NCBI GenBank assembly: GCA_043228905.1
Contig: JBHGNT010000020.1
Location: forward strand, 3,596,001-3,660,000
Reading direction: 5' to 3'
Source of the DNA: Azolla caroliniana
Taxonomy: Eukaryota; Plantae; Polypodiophyta
DNA length: 64,000 bases
Both the position numbers and the translations under genes were made by a program. Of the stretch, positions 60,245-64,000 are shown one piece after another (the first letter of the stretch is position 1; the number at the start of each line of letters is the position of its first letter). A model generated the notes under the pieces. It ran no database searches. It had not been told where the DNA came from and was given only the letters and a program-made list of their open reading frames with translations.

Positions 60245-62470
60245 TCACTCGGTTTCACACCGTAGCCGAAAATCGTCACGACATCCACCCCCACCAAACC
60301 CGCACATCCTCCGGTATGTGCCGAGAAAGGTGAAGAGGTGAGATCTTTGGCAATGGTGATCAACCGAGTTCCTCGGCACGCTCGTCGACTTCGTCTTCCA
60401 CTTCGAGTATGCGCAATCTTTCCAACCGAACCACCGTAGCCACCCGATCCACCATCTCCGGCGCTCACACCTTCTTCCCCGATCGGTTGTAGTAGATCTA
60501 TCGAACGATGTCGTCGATACGACCGCTCTTCCTTTGTCCACCGCGCGTGTCCTTCGATTGGACTCCTGGCCACTCCTCACGCTCACCGTCTTCAACTGGG
60601 TATTGTAGATCGTTCGTGTCAATCTCCGATTAGGTCGGGTTTGCCCTTGTCCGGATCGGTCTCCACCGATCGCTTCTTGGCTTGGTTGGTCTTCGTCTGC
60701 ATTCACATTTCCCCGAGTCAGGCTCGACCGATTGATTCTGGCTGGGTCAGCCCCCTTTTGGATCGGAATCGTCCGATCGATTTTCGCCGAATCAGGTTTC
60801 GGCCGGGTCGGCCCCGGTCGATCGGCTCCCATGTGGATCTTCCTTCGTTCGGGTCGGAATCCCGGCCTGATCGTCTTCCGGTTCAACCGGTTCTCGACTC
60901 TTCCTTCCTTCCCGCATGCAACCTCTCCATCGAACTCAACCGCAGCTTCATCCTTGGCCTCTACGTCGGCCATATCCTTCCCTCCGTGTATGCTCGCCTC
61001 GAGCCATATTGTCTCCTCTTCGCCACCTCCTTTATCTTCAGTCTTATGCCGACACACGGTCTCGACTGCCGAAGTCTCCGGAACCGGTGTGAAGGAATCC
61101 CTTCGCTCATGCACATTTACCTTGTCTTCTTCATCGCCCTTCCGGTCGTCCTCTTTTTTGTCCACACATTCCGTCTCTCCGGTCTCACGTTGACACACGT
61201 GCACAACCGCCGAAGTCTCTAGATTAGGTGTGGGGATATCCTTTCTTCCTTGATCTTCTTCCTCCTTGTGTTGGGCCTTCGTCTTCCTGTCACCACCTTC
61301 CGTCTCTCCGGTCTCACGTTGGAACATGGGCGCAACCGCCGAAGTCTCTGGAACAAGCGTGAAGAAAGTGTCGACATGGCTATCCGTCGTCGACTCATCC
61401 ATAGCCACCTCCGACTCGATGTCGTTTGTCATGGCTACCTCCTCAATCTCTTCAGACTCAAACACTTTTTCTCCCTCGATCATGCAAGCTTTTCTCATGC
61501 TTGCGCCGTCATCACCCGATGTTTCGTACACAATGCGTGTTTCGAAACATTTATCCTCCCTCGAAGTGGCCTTCGCCGTCCTCAAGTCATCGGCCTCCTC
61601 CTTCGCCGTCGTTTCTTTGTAAGACAAGAAGGTGACTTGTTTCACACCTTCTCTCTCGATACCGTCATACCGAACCAGAGCCTTTGTATCGGCCACTTCA
61701 TTAACCCGCATTTGTTGGGAGGTCTCTTCTTCCTCGATCACCATTCGCCTCGGTTTTGTCTCCCTTTTAAGCTTCATTTCTTTTGTTGGTGGCGCGTTGT
61801 TGCATCTCGTCCCTATTCGATCGTCCCTCATGGGCCGTCTTGTTGTTGCCGATATTCTCGCTTGCCCCTTATCGTGTAGTCGGCATACACTTTCCACTTT
61901 GCTCCAATCCTCGATGAGGCCATTTGCACCATCATCTTCTTCGAGTTTGAGGCCGATCGCCATCCTTTCCATTCGATCGATTGACTTCACGAACATAAGG
62001 ACCTTATCGACCCCCACCGATCTTTGTTCCCGCTCCGACAATTGAGAAAAATGATGCTCGAAGTCTACGAATGCTTGTGTCGCACCTTGGTGGGTCTTCG
62101 CTGATGTCACCCATTGGTCGAAGTTGCGTCGATCTCGTCCCTTCTGCCTCTCATAGCCATATTCCTCCAATAGAGCCTTCTCGAAAGTCGCCCACGAATC
62201 ATGAGCTTCTAGAAGCTCTTTTACATCTTTGAAGATCGGTTGAGACACCACCCGACAAAAGTACTCTAGCCTCATAGCTTTGTCCACACCTCTTGAATCC
62301 ATCTCCGCATTGTAGACTTTTAGGAAACTTTGGACTTCGGCACCGTTGAAATAACTCATTCGTTCGACCACCTTGTCGACGGCTTGTTGGGCTTCATTTC
62401 TTCTTTTCCCTTCTCTCAGAAACTCCATCATCCTTCTTGACATTGCCTCCATGAGATATTCGCCATCCAT
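60245..62470 (-). CDS. 741-aa Gag-like protein with a long acidic, repetitive tail; no protease, RT or integrase
   Basis: ATG about 20 nt after the PBS. The N-terminal ~200 aa align by eye with L Gag (HDSWATFEKALLEEY...DKVLMFVK...GLIEDWSKVESVC). PETSAV...RETGETE repeats. The frame runs through the PPT and stops inside the 3' LTR. Confidence 0.85.
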   Translation of the reverse strand: MDGEYLMEAMSRRMMEFLREGKRRNEAQQAVDKVVERMSYFNGAEVQSFLKVYNAEMDSRGVDKAMRLEYFCRVVSQPIFKDVKELLEAHDSWATFEKALLEEYGYERQKGRDRRNFDQWVTSAKTHQGATQAFVDFEHHFSQLSEREQRSVGVDKVLMFVKSIDRMERMAIGLKLEEDDGANGLIEDWSKVESVCRLHDKGQARISATTRRPMRDDRIGTRCNNAPPTKEMKLKRETKPRRMVIEEEETSQQMRVNEVADTKALVRYDGIEREGVKQVTFLSYKETTAKEEADDLRTAKATSREDKCFETRIVYETSGDDGASMRKACMIEGEKVFESEEIEEVAMTNDIESEVAMDESTTDSHVDTFFTLVPETSAVAPMFQRETGETEGGDRKTKAQHKEEEDQGRKDIPTPNLETSAVVHVCQRETGETECVDKKEDDRKGDEEDKVNVHERRDSFTPVPETSAVETVCRHKTEDKGGGEEETIWLEASIHGGKDMADVEAKDEAAVEFDGEVACGKEGRVENRLNRKTIRPGFRPERRKIHMGADRPGPTRPKPDSAKIDRTIPIQKGADPARINRSSLTRGNVNADEDQPSQEAIGGDRSGQGQTRPNRRLTRTIYNTQLKTVSVRSGQESNRRTRAVDKGRAVVSTTSFDRSTTTDRGRRCERRRWWIGWLRWFGWKDCAYSKWKTKSTSVPRNSVDHHCQRSHLFTFLGTYRRMCGFGGGGCRDDFRLRCETE

Positions 62471-62972
62471 CTTCGTTCTCCCCTACTGCTCTTCACGTCG
62501 GGTTCACCAAATGATGTCGCGAAGATTCGCGCGTGCGTGTGCTACTCGAGCGACCACCGGGGTCTTGGACTGGGGAGGACGTTCGCGGAATTATCGACGC
62601 TAGATGACGATCAATGTAAGATTGGATGAAATTTGTTCACTTGAGAAGAAGAAAGATTGTACACTTGAGAAGTAGAAAAACATGAAGAAGATAAAGACAA
62701 ATATAATTATATTGATGATAGTGGTGTTGGTGATATCACATATTGAGCCCCCCTTACACAAGCCCAACTAGAGGCTTTTATAGGTCTTTCCATGCTCGTG
62801 ACATGCACATAACCATGGGCTAAAACCATGGTTTTGTGCACACGGTTTTGCTTATGTCATGCACAAACCATGGGTTTAAAACCATGGTTTTGTGCACATG
62901 GTTTTCTATGGTTGTTTCGTCTATAATTTGTATATGAAAAGGAAATACATATAATCTACACTATATGATAGT

Positions 62973-63025
62973 TGTCCTAGTGGTAAGGCAATTATCTTGT
63001 ATCTTAGAGGTGCAAGGTTCAATCC
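62973..63025 (+). promoter_or_regulatory. tRNA-like Pol III A-box/B-box module in the H 5' LTR (second copy at 60098-60150)
   Basis: TGTCCTAGTGGTAAGGC (A-box/D-arm-like, 1 mismatch), then GTTCAATCC 44 nt later inside the stem GCAAG/CTTGC. Confidence 0.55.
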
Positions 63026-64000
63026 TTGCTTGCACCCCTCTGTATGAACTCAAGTGCCACTAGGCTAGGTTTATTTGCTAAGTGCATGTGCAATGTTGCA
63101 CATCCTTGGTTTATTCGTCTCACTCGGTTTCACACCGTAGCCGAAAATCGTCACGACACCGTAATTGGGCATTTTCTTCTTTCGTTCGGGTGTGTTGTGC
63201 TGTCTCCACTGCGAGTTTCTCTTCAAGGGTCTTCATTGCCTTTCGGCCGTTGGCCCGGATGTCCTTTTCTCTATCCGAGGATTGGCGAAGTTCAGCGCGG
63301 AGATGGTCAATCTTTTTTAAAATTGCTTAAAGTGTGCGGCACTTCATCGGGGGTTGTTTGGGGTGGACTCAAGTTTAGATCTTAAAAAAGCATTGATATA
63401 TTATACCCCTAGTGCTTGCCACTCATCACTTCATATCATATATACTATATCCCTTGTAGTCATATACCAACATAAATTTCTATTTTTATTACATCATATA
63501 TTCTATACCTCCTAGAAGTCGTACACCCCCATAAACTTGGTTTTCTTCCCTCTACTTCTCTTACTCTTTCAATTCTCCATACTAATAACTTTACCCCTAC
63601 AAAAACTAGCAACTATTACAAAACCCTAAACCCTAACCTTCTAAACATACGCTCCATCCTACCCCACACTACCATATTTCCCTCTCTCATATCTTTCCCT
63701 CTTTTTCTCCCCTTCTCTCCTCTCTCTCCTCTTTTGTTCCAATACAGATACATGGCCACAAACGTCTCAACAGGAGAACCCAAAACACAATCCATTCAAC
63801 ATCGTACACCCAACGCCGACGCACCCACAGATCCACCCTCAACCACCATCGCCGACATACCGACGGATCTACCCACAACCACCATCGACTTTGTGCCGGA
63901 TTCTCCACCAATGACGACAAATCTCAAGCACGTCGTCGCCAACACTCAAACGACCGTTGTAAACAAGGAAGCTCCCTCACCCCACCCTCTTTCTTGTCAA

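Larger units (their letters stand above)
59640..63158 (-). mobile_element. Non-autonomous gag-only LTR element H, young and intact
   Basis: 644-bp LTRs 62515-63158 and 59640-60283 (about 4 substitutions by eye). TSD CCGT. PBS 62509-62492 (TTCACGTCGGGTTCACCA on +) equals the plant tRNA-Trp 3' end as recalled. PPT 60298-60284. Confidence 0.95.
58560..63385 (-). pseudogene. Coiled-coil plus Pro/Thr/Glu-rich ORF interrupted by H (probable retroelement accessory ORF)
   Basis: Removing H and one CCGT joins ...TRTKEENAQLR (63163 and up) in frame to AEAKKSEAAITGLWALLEKKKAW (59635 and down). A low-complexity segment follows at 58616-58960. Confidence 0.55.

Noticed and set aside
60641-62045. Long plus-strand ORFs opposite the H ORF, and similar antisense ORFs across the copia elements
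   Set aside because: Shadow frames of purine-rich or repetitive sense ORFs, with no motifs.
62960-63040. Functional tRNA gene
   Set aside because: Acceptor and anticodon stems do not pair and the T-loop is off by one base; kept only as a tRNA-like promoter module.
63600-63645. Interstitial telomere array (AAACCCTAAACCCTAA)
   Set aside because: Only two units; at most a telo-box, and the downstream context is cut by the window edge.

Overview
Plant nuclear DNA, probably from a non-seed land plant such as a fern (inferred from Tcn1-like chromovirus and Phygy-like Gag/protease remnants). About 85% is a deeply nested retrotransposon cluster around one intact 3-exon host gene (48145-53294, 147 aa, conserved uncharacterised plant protein). 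LTR ends, primer-binding sites (PBS), polypurine tracts (PPT) and target-site duplications (TSDs) resolve the nest: copia B (-) contains copia A (4981-33219), which contains element E, copia F1 and copia I (19030-32581, TSD AGACA); I contains the very young copia F2 (21283-26796, TSD AATAG, one premature stop) and element G. Also present are copia D (38020-43393, TSD AATTT), several copia and gypsy fragments, a LINE remnant and element H. The most unusual signal is a group of three pol-less LTR elements (E, G, H). They share TGTCG...CGACA ends and a TTTGGTGGGGGTG PPT, and all make 4-bp TSDs centred on CpG. E and H also have a tRNA-Trp PBS and an antisense tRNA-like Pol III A-box/B-box module in their LTRs. 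Separately, three different copia families have inverted repeats that place the PPT in a hairpin loop. Element letters are my own labels. All coordinates were read by eye, and family assignments come from motif recall, not database searches.
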